The notes beneath the pieces were generated by a model. The model saw nothing but the letters and a program-made list of their open reading frames with translations. It searched no databases and was not told the DNA's origin. A DNA stretch of 64,000 nt from Candidatus Kerfeldbacteria bacterium (lineage in GTDB: Bacteria > Patescibacteriota > Patescibacteriia > UBA9570 > XYC2-FULL-38-9), in the NCBI GenBank assembly GCA_043813585.1, contig JBDRKW010000020.1:129185-193184 (forward strand), given 5' to 3'. This document shows positions 39,155 through 48,473 of the stretch, piece by piece. The stretch's first letter is position 1. Each line of letters opens with the position of its first letter. Made by a program: the position numbers and the translations under genes.

Positions 39155-40333
39155 ATGGCTCGAAAAAACAAAAAAACAAAGACCGAAGAAGCAAAGACTC
39201 CATCGCTTGGCGCTTCGCGCATTGAGAAACACTACACAAAAATTGTTATTGCGTTTGTTGCGATTACTGTCGTTCTCGTCGGCGTTATCGCCTATTTTTC
39301 ATTTTCAAAAACAACAATTATCGTTCATCCCCGTTCAATGACGCAGGATATTTCCCTTTCCACTACTCTCGAAGAGTTGGACGGCGTTATGGTTATAACT
39401 GACGTCGAAGGCAGCAAGCAGCTTACCGAGCTCACATCGAGCGAAACACGGCCCGGAAAAGCGACAGGAACGGTGACGCTGATAAACAATTATTCAAAAG
39501 ATCAGCCTTTGGTAGAAACAACCCGATTATTATCGGCAGAAGGAGTATTGTTCCGAACACAGGAAACTGTCACAGTGCCTGCTGGCGGAAGCATAGATGT
39601 TCCAGTGATCGCCGATGAAGAAGGCGCGCAGGGCAACCTTGGCCCGACGAAATTTGAAGTTGTTGCCTTATGGGATGGATTGAAGGATGATATTTATGGT
39701 GAAAATGCAGCGCCGATGGACGGTGGCGTTGTCAGCACTGCAGTAGTGACTGAGGAAAATGTCCAGCAAGCTAAAACAGAGCTTCGCGCGGATTTAATCA
39801 AACAAGGTGCTGATGTTATTGCGGTTGAAATTCAAAATTATGACGGCCTTCCTACAAATCCACTGCTTCTTGACAATGCCGCGCAAATGTCGGTTGTGTT
39901 ATCTGAACAAACAGATGTCAATGTCGGCGATGAAGCAAGCCAGGTTACAGCCACGATGACGGCAACTGTCGTTGCACCGGTTATCAACCAGGATAAATTG
40001 AGCGAATACCTTCAGGCAAATATCGATTCTGCAACCCCTGCCGGTTCAACGCTGACATCAGACATATCATTAGACGACGTTACGATCACAGTAGACTCTG
40101 TAAATGACGATTATACGAACGCTGACCTTACAATATCCCTGTCTGTTGAAATGACTGCAACAGAAGTGAATGATATTTTTGACCTGTCGCAAATTACAAA
40201 CCGCAGCGAAGCCGATATTCGCGCCTACCTGACGACGTTTGAGGAAGTCGAATCAGTTGAAGTGCAGTTTTCACCGTTCTGGGTCAAACGAACACCCGCA
40301 TTGTCGGACAATATTACTATCAAAGTTGAATAG
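39155..40333 (+). CDS. Hypothetical membrane-anchored protein with large extracytoplasmic domain
   Basis: Basic N-terminus, single TM (IVIAFVAITVVLVGVIAYF), T/V-rich beta domain; no family recognised. Confidence 0.4.
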   Translation: MARKNKKTKTEEAKTPSLGASRIEKHYTKIVIAFVAITVVLVGVIAYFSFSKTTIIVHPRSMTQDISLSTTLEELDGVMVITDVEGSKQLTELTSSETRPGKATGTVTLINNYSKDQPLVETTRLLSAEGVLFRTQETVTVPAGGSIDVPVIADEEGAQGNLGPTKFEVVALWDGLKDDIYGENAAPMDGGVVSTAVVTEENVQQAKTELRADLIKQGADVIAVEIQNYDGLPTNPLLLDNAAQMSVVLSEQTDVNVGDEASQVTATMTATVVAPVINQDKLSEYLQANIDSATPAGSTLTSDISLDDVTITVDSVNDDYTNADLTISLSVEMTATEVNDIFDLSQITNRSEADIRAYLTTFEEVESVEVQFSPFWVKRTPALSDNITIKVE

Positions 40334-42129
40334 TGCCTTTCCGCATGGAACAAGAACCAAATTCAGTTGACGACCCTCTCGTTCACAAACGGCATTCAGC
40401 GGCCCATCTGCTTGCTGCAACTGTGCTTGAAATGTATCCAGGCACAAAATTTGGAATGGGGCCGACCATAGACGACGGATTCTACTATGATTTTGAGTTT
40501 CCGGTAGGAACAGCTGTATCGGAAAAAGACCTTCCAAAAATTCAAAAAAGGCTGAAGAAGAAAATCCAACAAAAGACAGAGTTTGTCGGAGAGCCACTTT
40601 CGCATAAAAAAGCGCAATCCCTTTTCAAGGACCAGCCGTATAAGCTTGAACTGATGAATGATATTACAGAACGCGGCGAGGAGGCATCACTATGGACCTC
40701 CGGTGATTTTTCTGATATCTGCAAAGGCGGCCATGTGGAGACTTCCAAAGAAATTCCCATTGACGGCCTGAAGCTCCATCGCATAGCGGGCGCTTACTGG
40801 AAAGGCGACGAGAAAAACCCAATGCTGACGCGCATTTATGGATTGCTGTTCAGTACCAAGGATGAGTTAGATACGTATATTGAACGCGTTGAAGATGCAA
40901 AAAACAGGGATCACCGAAAACTGGGCAAGGAGCTGGACCTGTTTATGTTTGCGGATCTGGTCGGAAAAGGATTGCCGATGTTTACCGAACGAGGCGCTAC
41001 GATTCGCCGTGAACTGGAACGCGCTATTGTTGATGAAGAGATCCGCCGCGGGTACAAGCATGTGCATACTCCGGACCTCGCGAATGTTGATCTCTATCGC
41101 ACCTCCGGACACTACCCCTATTACAAAGACACGATGTACTCGCCAATTGCGGTAGATGATGAAGAGATTATTCTGCGCCCAATGTCCTGCCCGCACCATT
41201 TCATGATGTACCAGCATAAACCGCACAGCTACAAGGAACTGCCAATACGGTTAGGGGAACTTGCGAAGCTATACCGTTATGAAAAATCCGGCGAGTTGAC
41301 AGGCCTTATGCGCGTACGCGGCTTTTGCCTTGCTGATGCGCATATCTTTGCCACTGAGGATCAGGCAAAGGATGAGATCATCGGCGTGCTCGATCTTATT
41401 GAGTACTTCGCGCATATTTTCGGACTGAAACGCGGAGAAGACTATAGCTTCCGGCTGTCATTGGGCGACAGGAATAACGAGGAAAAGTACTATAAAAATG
41501 ACGAAAAATGGGATGTCGGGGAAGAAACACTCCGTCAGGCCCTGAAAGATCTCAAAGCCCCGTTTATCGAGGTTGAGGATGAAGCGGCCTTCTACGGCCC
41601 AAAAATTGACGTACAGATGAGAAATGTGCTCGGTAAGGAGGATACGGCCTTTACCGTGCAATACGACTTCTACCTGCCGGAACGCTTTGAAATTGCGTAT
41701 ATTGATGAAGAGGGCAAGGAGCAGCGTCCGGTCGTCATTCATCGATCGTCGATTGGCGCAATTGAACGCACGATGGCGTTCCTGATTGAACACTACGCGG
41801 GTGAATTTCCGCTCTGGCTCTCCCCTTCGCACGTCGCAATACTTTCTGTCGGTGAATCTCATAAACAGTATTGCGAAGAATTGGCCACAATGCTTACAAA
41901 CGAAAGCATTCGCGTTGACCTGGATGTGTCGGACGAAACTGTCGGAAATAAAATACGTAAAAACGTGAAGCTGAAGACTCCCTACATTCTTGTCATAGGA
42001 GACAAAGAGATGGGTTCGAAAGATTTAATGGTGCGAAAGCGCGGCGAGGACTCTGCTGTCCAAGTAAATAAAGAAGATTTTATTACGGGTCTCAAAAAGC
42101 GCATTTCCGAAAAAGCTCTGGACTTGTAA
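40333..42129 (+). CDS. thrS: Threonyl-tRNA synthetase lacking the N-terminal TGS domain
   Basis: Begins directly in the editing (N2) domain (RHSAAHLLAATVLEMYPGTKFGMGPTIDDGFYYDFE). HRKLGKELDLF, class II core and anticodon-binding domain; 598 aa. Confidence 0.9.
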   Translation: MPFRMEQEPNSVDDPLVHKRHSAAHLLAATVLEMYPGTKFGMGPTIDDGFYYDFEFPVGTAVSEKDLPKIQKRLKKKIQQKTEFVGEPLSHKKAQSLFKDQPYKLELMNDITERGEEASLWTSGDFSDICKGGHVETSKEIPIDGLKLHRIAGAYWKGDEKNPMLTRIYGLLFSTKDELDTYIERVEDAKNRDHRKLGKELDLFMFADLVGKGLPMFTERGATIRRELERAIVDEEIRRGYKHVHTPDLANVDLYRTSGHYPYYKDTMYSPIAVDDEEIILRPMSCPHHFMMYQHKPHSYKELPIRLGELAKLYRYEKSGELTGLMRVRGFCLADAHIFATEDQAKDEIIGVLDLIEYFAHIFGLKRGEDYSFRLSLGDRNNEEKYYKNDEKWDVGEETLRQALKDLKAPFIEVEDEAAFYGPKIDVQMRNVLGKEDTAFTVQYDFYLPERFEIAYIDEEGKEQRPVVIHRSSIGAIERTMAFLIEHYAGEFPLWLSPSHVAILSVGESHKQYCEELATMLTNESIRVDLDVSDETVGNKIRKNVKLKTPYILVIGDKEMGSKDLMVRKRGEDSAVQVNKEDFITGLKKRISEKALDL

Positions 42130-42173
42130 CCCATGAATTGACTCAAACATCTATTGCTGGTAAGTTCCCGCAT

Positions 42174-43460
42174 ATGAACTATTTTTTATTGCAGCTGGGC
42201 TGCGCTACCAACAAATCCGACGCGGAACGCATTGCGTCTGTTCTTGATTCGGCCGGCTACGCGCCTGTTGCATCTGCAGAAGAAGCCGATCTTGTTGGCA
42301 TTGTCGCCTGCTCCATCCGCCAATCGGCCATTGACCGGGTCTATGACCGAATCCACAAGTGGAATCTGCAGAAGAAGAAGCGTCCTCTGACAACATTTGT
42401 GTCAGGATGCATTCTGGAGGAAGACAAAAAGAAATTCTTAAAACTATTTGATATTGTATTGCCGCTCAACGATGTGACACAGCTGCCGGAATATCTTCGG
42501 CAACAGGGCACTTCTGCCGGTACGGCCTTTTGGGATATCAAACCCCATCATAGCTCCCTATTCAAAGCGCTCGTACCAATTCAAAACGGCTGTAATAATT
42601 TCTGCACCTATTGCGCTGTCCCCTACACGCGCGGCAGGGAGGAATCCAGGCCGTCGAAGGACATCCTCCAGGAGGTGCAAACTCTGCTAAATAACGGTTA
42701 TAAGCAGATTACGCTGTTAGGCCAGAACGTAAACTCGTACGGTCAGGATACGGACGGACAAGAGATTTCGTTTGCCGCTTTGTTAGACCTTATCGGCACC
42801 ATGGCTGACAGTGCTCGCCAGCATACCTGGGTATATTACACGAGTCCCCATCCCGCCGATATGACGCAGGATGTACTCAAAATCCAGTCAAAACACCGGT
42901 CATTGGCAAACTATCTTAATCTGCCGTTACAGTCAGGTAGTGATGATGTATTAAATCGAATGAACCGCCGCTATACGGCTGAAGAGTATTTTTTGATTCT
43001 GGAGGATGCGCATTCGATCTTGCCGGACCTGACAGTCTCCACTGATTTCATTGTTGGTTTTTCCGGTGAAACTGATAACGAATTCCAATACTCTGTTGAC
43101 GCACTCCAGCGTGGCGCGTTTGATATGGCATTCATCGCGCAATATTCCGAACGTCCCGGCGCTCTGGCGGAAAAACGGTTCCCCGACGACATAGCGAAAG
43201 CGGTAAAAAAGGAGCGCGAACGAACACTGACAAGCGTACTGACAATGACTGCAGCTGCTGCAAATGAAAAACTCGTCGGCCAGACCATACCTGCGCTCGT
43301 AGAAACAACAAGCAGAAAACCGGGGAGACTATTAGCGCGGACTGAAGGTTTAAAGTCGGTAGAATTCATCTCTGATGACAAAAAACTGATCGGCGAATAC
43401 GTCAACCTTCGCGTCGACAGCTGCGACGCGTGGCGTCTGTACGGAATGCTTGCCGGCTAA
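42174..43460 (+). CDS. miaB: MiaB/RimO-family radical-SAM methylthiotransferase
   Basis: MTTase N-terminal domain Cys triad (GCATNKSD, VACSIR, SGCI), radical SAM CNNFCTYC, C-terminal TRAM-like domain. Confidence 0.8.
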   Translation: MNYFLLQLGCATNKSDAERIASVLDSAGYAPVASAEEADLVGIVACSIRQSAIDRVYDRIHKWNLQKKKRPLTTFVSGCILEEDKKKFLKLFDIVLPLNDVTQLPEYLRQQGTSAGTAFWDIKPHHSSLFKALVPIQNGCNNFCTYCAVPYTRGREESRPSKDILQEVQTLLNNGYKQITLLGQNVNSYGQDTDGQEISFAALLDLIGTMADSARQHTWVYYTSPHPADMTQDVLKIQSKHRSLANYLNLPLQSGSDDVLNRMNRRYTAEEYFLILEDAHSILPDLTVSTDFIVGFSGETDNEFQYSVDALQRGAFDMAFIAQYSERPGALAEKRFPDDIAKAVKKERERTLTSVLTMTAAAANEKLVGQTIPALVETTSRKPGRLLARTEGLKSVEFISDDKKLIGEYVNLRVDSCDAWRLYGMLAG

Positions 43461-44302
43461 CCAAAATTTTTCGCCATCTCCTCCATTTCCACTACTACTG
43501 CGGGGTCGTACAACGCGTCAGCAGGCAACCCCGACTGGTAGCGTTCTCGTCTGGTGAGTTGCTGGAGGCGGAATGATTTAATCTGGTCATGACCTTCAAT
43601 AATTGTACTCAGCTCAGGTGGCGCAATGGTGATTCTTGTGTCAATGTTGAGATCTGATAAATGATCAAGTTCTTTCAACACTTTTTTGCGAACCTGGTTA
43701 CTAAAACCACGGTCTTTATAATCGGCAACACACAGCATTGGGGAACGATCATTGCCATGCGGCCAATAAAGCTTCAGCCTCATATACTGGAGAAGTGCAT
43801 CTTTTTCTGTCAAATATTTTCTTTCCTTCAAATACTGTACAGAAGACCGGCCCAGGGCTGAGAGGACATTAAGATCAGCTTCATCCCATGTTTCATGTTC
43901 GGCTAGTCCCACTTCCTGAAGGATAAAGCTCATCTCGCCTTCTATGCTCTCAAGAACCACCATATCAACATTCTCCGGTTCATTAGCTTGTAAGAACACT
44001 TCATGGGGTATTATTGCCATTATGTCATGCGGATCGATATGCAATGACTCAAGCCGTCCGAATCGAACAAACTCATCCCAATTCTTCTGATAGGTTCGGT
44101 ATATGCGCGTTACCAAGTTGCCTTTTTGTATGCTATCCGCGTCTGTGAGCTCCCGGTGAACGGTTGCCTCCATGCCTGTTCCACTGTCTTCTTCAGATTG
44201 CCTTGCGCCTATGAGCCGATTTTTGCGCTGCTGTTCAACACGCTTCGTCATGTCAGGCCTGCCAAGCGCCATGAATGTCCTGCCTCTGCGCCCGAAACCC
44301 AT
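43457..44302 (-). CDS. Hypothetical protein (last gene of the pyrimidine operon)
   Basis: No recognisable motifs; 4-nt overlap with pyrF. Confidence 0.4.
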   Translation of the reverse strand: MGFGRRGRTFMALGRPDMTKRVEQQRKNRLIGARQSEEDSGTGMEATVHRELTDADSIQKGNLVTRIYRTYQKNWDEFVRFGRLESLHIDPHDIMAIIPHEVFLQANEPENVDMVVLESIEGEMSFILQEVGLAEHETWDEADLNVLSALGRSSVQYLKERKYLTEKDALLQYMRLKLYWPHGNDRSPMLCVADYKDRGFSNQVRKKVLKELDHLSDLNIDTRITIAPPELSTIIEGHDQIKSFRLQQLTRRERYQSGLPADALYDPAVVVEMEEMAKNFG

Positions 44303-44303
44303 A

Positions 44304-45062
44304 CTATTCTTCTTCCGAATACTCTTCCCATGCAGCATGCCGGTACTGTTCTGCCGCTTTCACCGGATCATCTGCCTTATATATGCCCCGACCGACGATA
44401 ATCACGTCAGTACCTGACTGCATCGCTTCTCGTGGCGTTTGATATTGCTGGCCGAGCGCATCTCCTGTCGCTTCAAGATTGACGCCAGGCGTAAACACGA
44501 GCATTCCCTTGGGAACATCTGCACTTCCCTTGCCCACGAACCCGATAACGAATTCATCATGCGCGGCAGCCCATTTATAAGCTGTCTTTGTATACTTCCC
44601 TGTTGCTAGCGAGCCTTTTGAACTCATTTCCGCTAGCAACAGCAATCCCCGGCCTTTCGGCAGCCCTACCTCCTTTAATCCCTCGATAACCCCCTCTCCA
44701 GGGATAATATGTGCGTTGGTTATGTCAGCCCAGTCCGAAATATGGTAGATACCCTTCTCATACTGCAATTTAACCGTATTGCCGATGTCGGCAAATTTCC
44801 GGTCCTCAAAAATCAGAAAGTTGTGTTCATGGGCCAGTTTTAACAGATCACTAACCACATCATCGCTGAAATCTTCCATCGTATCGATGTGCGTCTTAAG
44901 AACGCATATTTGCGGACCCAGCGCATCTGCCAGAGCCAAAAACTCCTTAGACCTTGTTACATCCAGTGATAAGCACAAGTTGCTCCGTTTTGAATGGATG
45001 ACCTGTACCAATTTCTTCGCTACCGGATTTTTTACTTCTCCCAGTTTTGAGATTATTCCCAT
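44304..45062 (-). CDS. pyrF: Orotidine-5-prime-phosphate decarboxylase, eukaryote (URA3)-like type
   Basis: NLCLSLDV, KTHID, EDRKFADIGNTVKLQY, DWADITNAH, GSLATGKYTK, DFVIGFVG, GDALGQQY and IIVGRG blocks. Confidence 0.85.
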   Translation of the reverse strand: MGIISKLGEVKNPVAKKLVQVIHSKRSNLCLSLDVTRSKEFLALADALGPQICVLKTHIDTMEDFSDDVVSDLLKLAHEHNFLIFEDRKFADIGNTVKLQYEKGIYHISDWADITNAHIIPGEGVIEGLKEVGLPKGRGLLLLAEMSSKGSLATGKYTKTAYKWAAAHDEFVIGFVGKGSADVPKGMLVFTPGVNLEATGDALGQQYQTPREAMQSGTDVIIVGRGIYKADDPVKAAEQYRHAAWEEYSEEE

Positions 45063-45081
45063 GTATGTTTATTGAATTTTA

Positions 45082-46041
45082 TCAACGCATATTTATCGCG
45101 GAACGTGGCTCTTTATTGCTCTCCGGGCACATTTCTTGGAATCGCTCGATCTCTAATGTGATCATCCCTGCAATTTCCTTGGACAGCTCAGATATTTCAA
45201 GGGCGGCAATCATATCTTCCTTTGTCAACCCCATCTGCTCAACAATATAGCCAAAATCATATCGGTCATAATAAGAATTCATGGAAGCTGCGGCCCATTC
45301 GCCGGATGTTGCGACGGGAAATGTTTCATTTATTTCCTTGATGTAAGCTGCATATGCAGCTGACGCGAGCAATTCACTTTCATTAGCTTTTTTAATATAC
45401 CGGTCAGTTGTACGCCGAATTTCATCCATCTGCCGGACTAAAGTATGGTCGATAATCCAACCCATGACAGACGAAATAAGATATGGATAATCATTCTCCT
45501 TAAGCGCAACATCAAAGCGCTCATAGGCATCGCAAGAATCCATGCCTGTTGCCTCTACGCACTGGACCATCTCATCTGAATGGTTGGGATGCTGCACATG
45601 TGCAGCTTCATGCATAAGATCATCCGGCGCTAACGCGTCAATATCTCCGACTAAAATATGATCATCCTCAACTGTCTTCGTACCGAATGTTACGAGTCTT
45701 GCTGCTGCGTTTTCTTCATCCCCAAAATCAAATACATAGACATTATCATGTTGAATAATTATTTCGAGGTCAGCTAGCGTCTGTTGCAAGTCAGCTATAA
45801 GTTCGTCATTATTGTCAATTGGCTCTCCCCTCCCGCTAAACAGCGGCTGCGCGCGCTTCATTAATTCTACAAAAGGAACGAATTCTATCTTCGCTATGCG
45901 AAGTATTTCTAGAATGCGTTCTTTGTTCGCCTGATCTAAGGGGGCACAACCGCTTAAGGTTGGCATTGCACCCGCAGCAGTAGCGCCCAGGCACTGCAAC
46001 AACCTCCGCCGCGTCATCCCTTCTTGCGGCAGATTACTCAT
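45082..46041 (-). CDS. Hypothetical Tat-signal lipoprotein-like protein with HExxH motif
   Basis: RRRLLQCLGATAAGAMPTLSGC (twin-arginine plus lipobox-like Cys) and HEAAH. Start chosen at MSNLPQ to avoid overlapping pyrE. Confidence 0.45.
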   Translation of the reverse strand: MSNLPQEGMTRRRLLQCLGATAAGAMPTLSGCAPLDQANKERILEILRIAKIEFVPFVELMKRAQPLFSGRGEPIDNNDELIADLQQTLADLEIIIQHDNVYVFDFGDEENAAARLVTFGTKTVEDDHILVGDIDALAPDDLMHEAAHVQHPNHSDEMVQCVEATGMDSCDAYERFDVALKENDYPYLISSVMGWIIDHTLVRQMDEIRRTTDRYIKKANESELLASAAYAAYIKEINETFPVATSGEWAAASMNSYYDRYDFGYIVEQMGLTKEDMIAALEISELSKEIAGMITLEIERFQEMCPESNKEPRSAINMR

Positions 46042-46675
46042 ATCCCATCGCGCTTCCCCATGCTTGCGGATCTTTATTCCACGCAAGGATCTTTTCTTGT
46101 TCGTCCTTCTTGATATAGCCGTTTGCCGAAGCGACATCCACGAGCGTCGAAAAATTCGTCAATGTATGCAGCTGTATATCCGCTTCGGAAAAAGCAGCTC
46201 GCGCCTTTTGCATCTCATAGGTAAAGATAGCGATACAATCGATTACTACGCCGCCTTCTTCGCGCACTGCAAGGCCGGCATCAACCGAACTGCCTCCCGT
46301 GCTGATAAGATCTTCCACAATGAGCACGGTCTGGCCTTTCTTTATAACGCCTTCGATGCGGTTTTTCTTTCCGTGGCCTTTTTCCTTCCCGCGGATATAG
46401 ATCATGGGTTTCTTCAAACGATCTGCGATCCATGCCGCATGCGGTATGCCGGCAGTTGCCGTTCCTCCCACAACATCAAATTCCAAATTCTGCTCACGTA
46501 TCAAATCAAGAAATGCCTGTATAACAACTTCGCGCTTGTCGGGGTAAGAGATGACGAGCCGGTTATCACAATAGATCGGGCTGAGAATGCCTGACGTATA
46601 CCGAAACGGTTCCTCCGTGTTTAATGCCACTGCCTTGATGTCCAGCAGTAATTTTGCGATTTCTTCTGAAGCCAT
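46034..46675 (-). CDS. pyrE: Orotate phosphoribosyltransferase
   Basis: PRPP-binding loop VLIVEDLISTGGSS; FDVVGGTATAGIPHAAW. Confidence 0.85.
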   Translation of the reverse strand: MASEEIAKLLLDIKAVALNTEEPFRYTSGILSPIYCDNRLVISYPDKREVVIQAFLDLIREQNLEFDVVGGTATAGIPHAAWIADRLKKPMIYIRGKEKGHGKKNRIEGVIKKGQTVLIVEDLISTGGSSVDAGLAVREEGGVVIDCIAIFTYEMQKARAAFSEADIQLHTLTNFSTLVDVASANGYIKKDEQEKILAWNKDPQAWGSAMGYE

Positions 46676-46677
46676 AA

Positions 46678-47505
46678 CTAAAATTCGTGTTTAATGCCTT
46701 GCTTATCCCTATGATACTTGCCGAACTCAATAATGCGTAGCGCTTTTGCTCCGGAGATCACAGGCCCTTTCTGGCACGTCGGGAAACCGTCGTCGTCCAC
46801 GCAGCAATTTCCGCAAATCCCGAATCCGCATTTCATGTAGCGCTCAAGCGAAATTTGCGTAGCGACCCCGTAAGTTTTGCCAAGCTCAGCGACTTTCTTC
46901 TGCATCAATTCAGGGCCGCATGCGCATACGACCACATCCTTCCGTTTCCGGTCGCTCATGTCATTAAGTATTTTATCGAGAATATCCGTTGCGAAACCTT
47001 TCACGCCCCGCGAACCGTCATCTGTTGCCGCATGCACTTTTGCGCCCGCTTTTTTCGCGCGCTTTTCGAAAAGCAGATGTTCCCTGCTTCGCGCGCCCAC
47101 GATAAAATCAATCTTGCATTTTTCTTCGGCAGCACGATCTGCTAAAAACGCGAGTGGCGCCGCGCCATATCCTCCGCCAACCGTTATAACATGCTGTTTC
47201 GGTTTCCATGCATAATCCGTGCCGTACGGACCGCTGATTCCAACTTTATCCCCTTTCTTCAGCTTGAACAGCGTCTGGGTCGCTTTACCAAGTTCAAATA
47301 TTGAAAGCTGGAATGAATCCCCCTCGTCTCCGCCGATGGAAAACGGTTTTTGATCGACGCCAGGAATCCACAGCATCACAAACTGCCCCGGCTTGGACTT
47401 TAGCTCATAATCAAAATAGAACGTACGCACTTTTGCCGTCTCCTGGACGATCTCCGCAATAGGAACCATCACCGGCGTATCGGCTCTGTCAGGATTACTC
47501 TTCAT
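46678..47505 (-). CDS. pyrK: Dihydroorotate dehydrogenase electron-transfer subunit
   Basis: FAD/NAD-binding ferredoxin-reductase fold plus a C-terminal [2Fe-2S] Cys cluster (CGFGICGNCC...C). Confidence 0.85.
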   Translation of the reverse strand: MKSNPDRADTPVMVPIAEIVQETAKVRTFYFDYELKSKPGQFVMLWIPGVDQKPFSIGGDEGDSFQLSIFELGKATQTLFKLKKGDKVGISGPYGTDYAWKPKQHVITVGGGYGAAPLAFLADRAAEEKCKIDFIVGARSREHLLFEKRAKKAGAKVHAATDDGSRGVKGFATDILDKILNDMSDRKRKDVVVCACGPELMQKKVAELGKTYGVATQISLERYMKCGFGICGNCCVDDDGFPTCQKGPVISGAKALRIIEFGKYHRDKQGIKHEF

Positions 47506-48421
47506 GCGCCATGCCGATTAGTTCTTTAACTTCTGAAATTCCTTCTTTCCCCATCCGTTCCTGCATCTCTTTTGCGATCAGAGACATCGTCTTCTCGCCC
47601 CGGTAATAAAATGCCGTTCCGACTCCTACCAACGTTGCGCCAGACATCATCATCTGGATAGCATCGTCGCCGGTCGTCACACCACCAGTCCCGATAATCG
47701 GGATAGATACTGCTTCATATATATCCCACACTGCTTTCAGCGCTATAGGTTTCAGTGCCGGACCGGATAATCCTCCGCTCTTATTTGCAAGAACAGGGCG
47801 CCGCGCTTCAATGCTGATCTCCATTCCCAAAGCCGTGTTCACAGCCGTAATCGCATCCGCGCCGGCAGCCTCCGCAATTTTTGCAAGCTCGCCTATCTGC
47901 CATGTATTTGGCGATAGTTTTACGGAAACGGGTACATTTGAATTCTTCTTTACCAGCTTGGTAATTTTCTCTATTGATTCCGGGTCATGCGAAAACGGAC
48001 GGTCATACAGATGGCTTGCGTGCGGACATGAAATATCGATCTCCAGTAAATCTATCGGCGCCTCACGAATCTGTCTGGCTGCCTCGCCAAACTCCTCCCA
48101 TGTCCGCCCATAGATTGATCCGATGAGGACACCGGAGCATAATTCTTGAAATTTACTCAGCTCAGGAAGAGACGCCTCGATTCCCGGCCCCGGCAACCCG
48201 ACGGCGTTTAAGAAATATTCATCCTGGCCCAGCATAGTCGGATTAGGATTTCCTTCTATTGCCTCAACAGTGACCGATTTCATCGTTACACCGCCTGCGC
48301 CATTTTTAACGACGCGCGCCAGTGATGCGCCCGTTACGCCCAGAATACCCGACGCTAAAACAAGCGGATTTTCAAATTTCGAGCCTAGCGCTTCTATTCC
48401 TAACGAGGTTTGTTTATTCAT
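47495..48421 (-). CDS. pyrD: Dihydroorotate dehydrogenase (class 1B) catalytic subunit
   Basis: NPLVLASGILG, the catalytic Cys region CPHAS and TIM-barrel DHOD motifs. Confidence 0.85.
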   Translation of the reverse strand: MNKQTSLGIEALGSKFENPLVLASGILGVTGASLARVVKNGAGGVTMKSVTVEAIEGNPNPTMLGQDEYFLNAVGLPGPGIEASLPELSKFQELCSGVLIGSIYGRTWEEFGEAARQIREAPIDLLEIDISCPHASHLYDRPFSHDPESIEKITKLVKKNSNVPVSVKLSPNTWQIGELAKIAEAAGADAITAVNTALGMEISIEARRPVLANKSGGLSGPALKPIALKAVWDIYEAVSIPIIGTGGVTTGDDAIQMMMSGATLVGVGTAFYYRGEKTMSLIAKEMQERMGKEGISEVKELIGMAHEE

Positions 48422-48473
48422 GCTGTTTTGCCCAATATGGGCTTAGTATACCAGACTTTGCCCCTATAATCGA

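Noticed and set aside
42139-42167. TTGACT-N17-TAAGTT promoter immediately upstream of miaB
   Set aside because: It would leave only about a 7-nt leader with no Shine-Dalgarno, and the -10 is poor. miaB may instead be co-transcribed with thrS.
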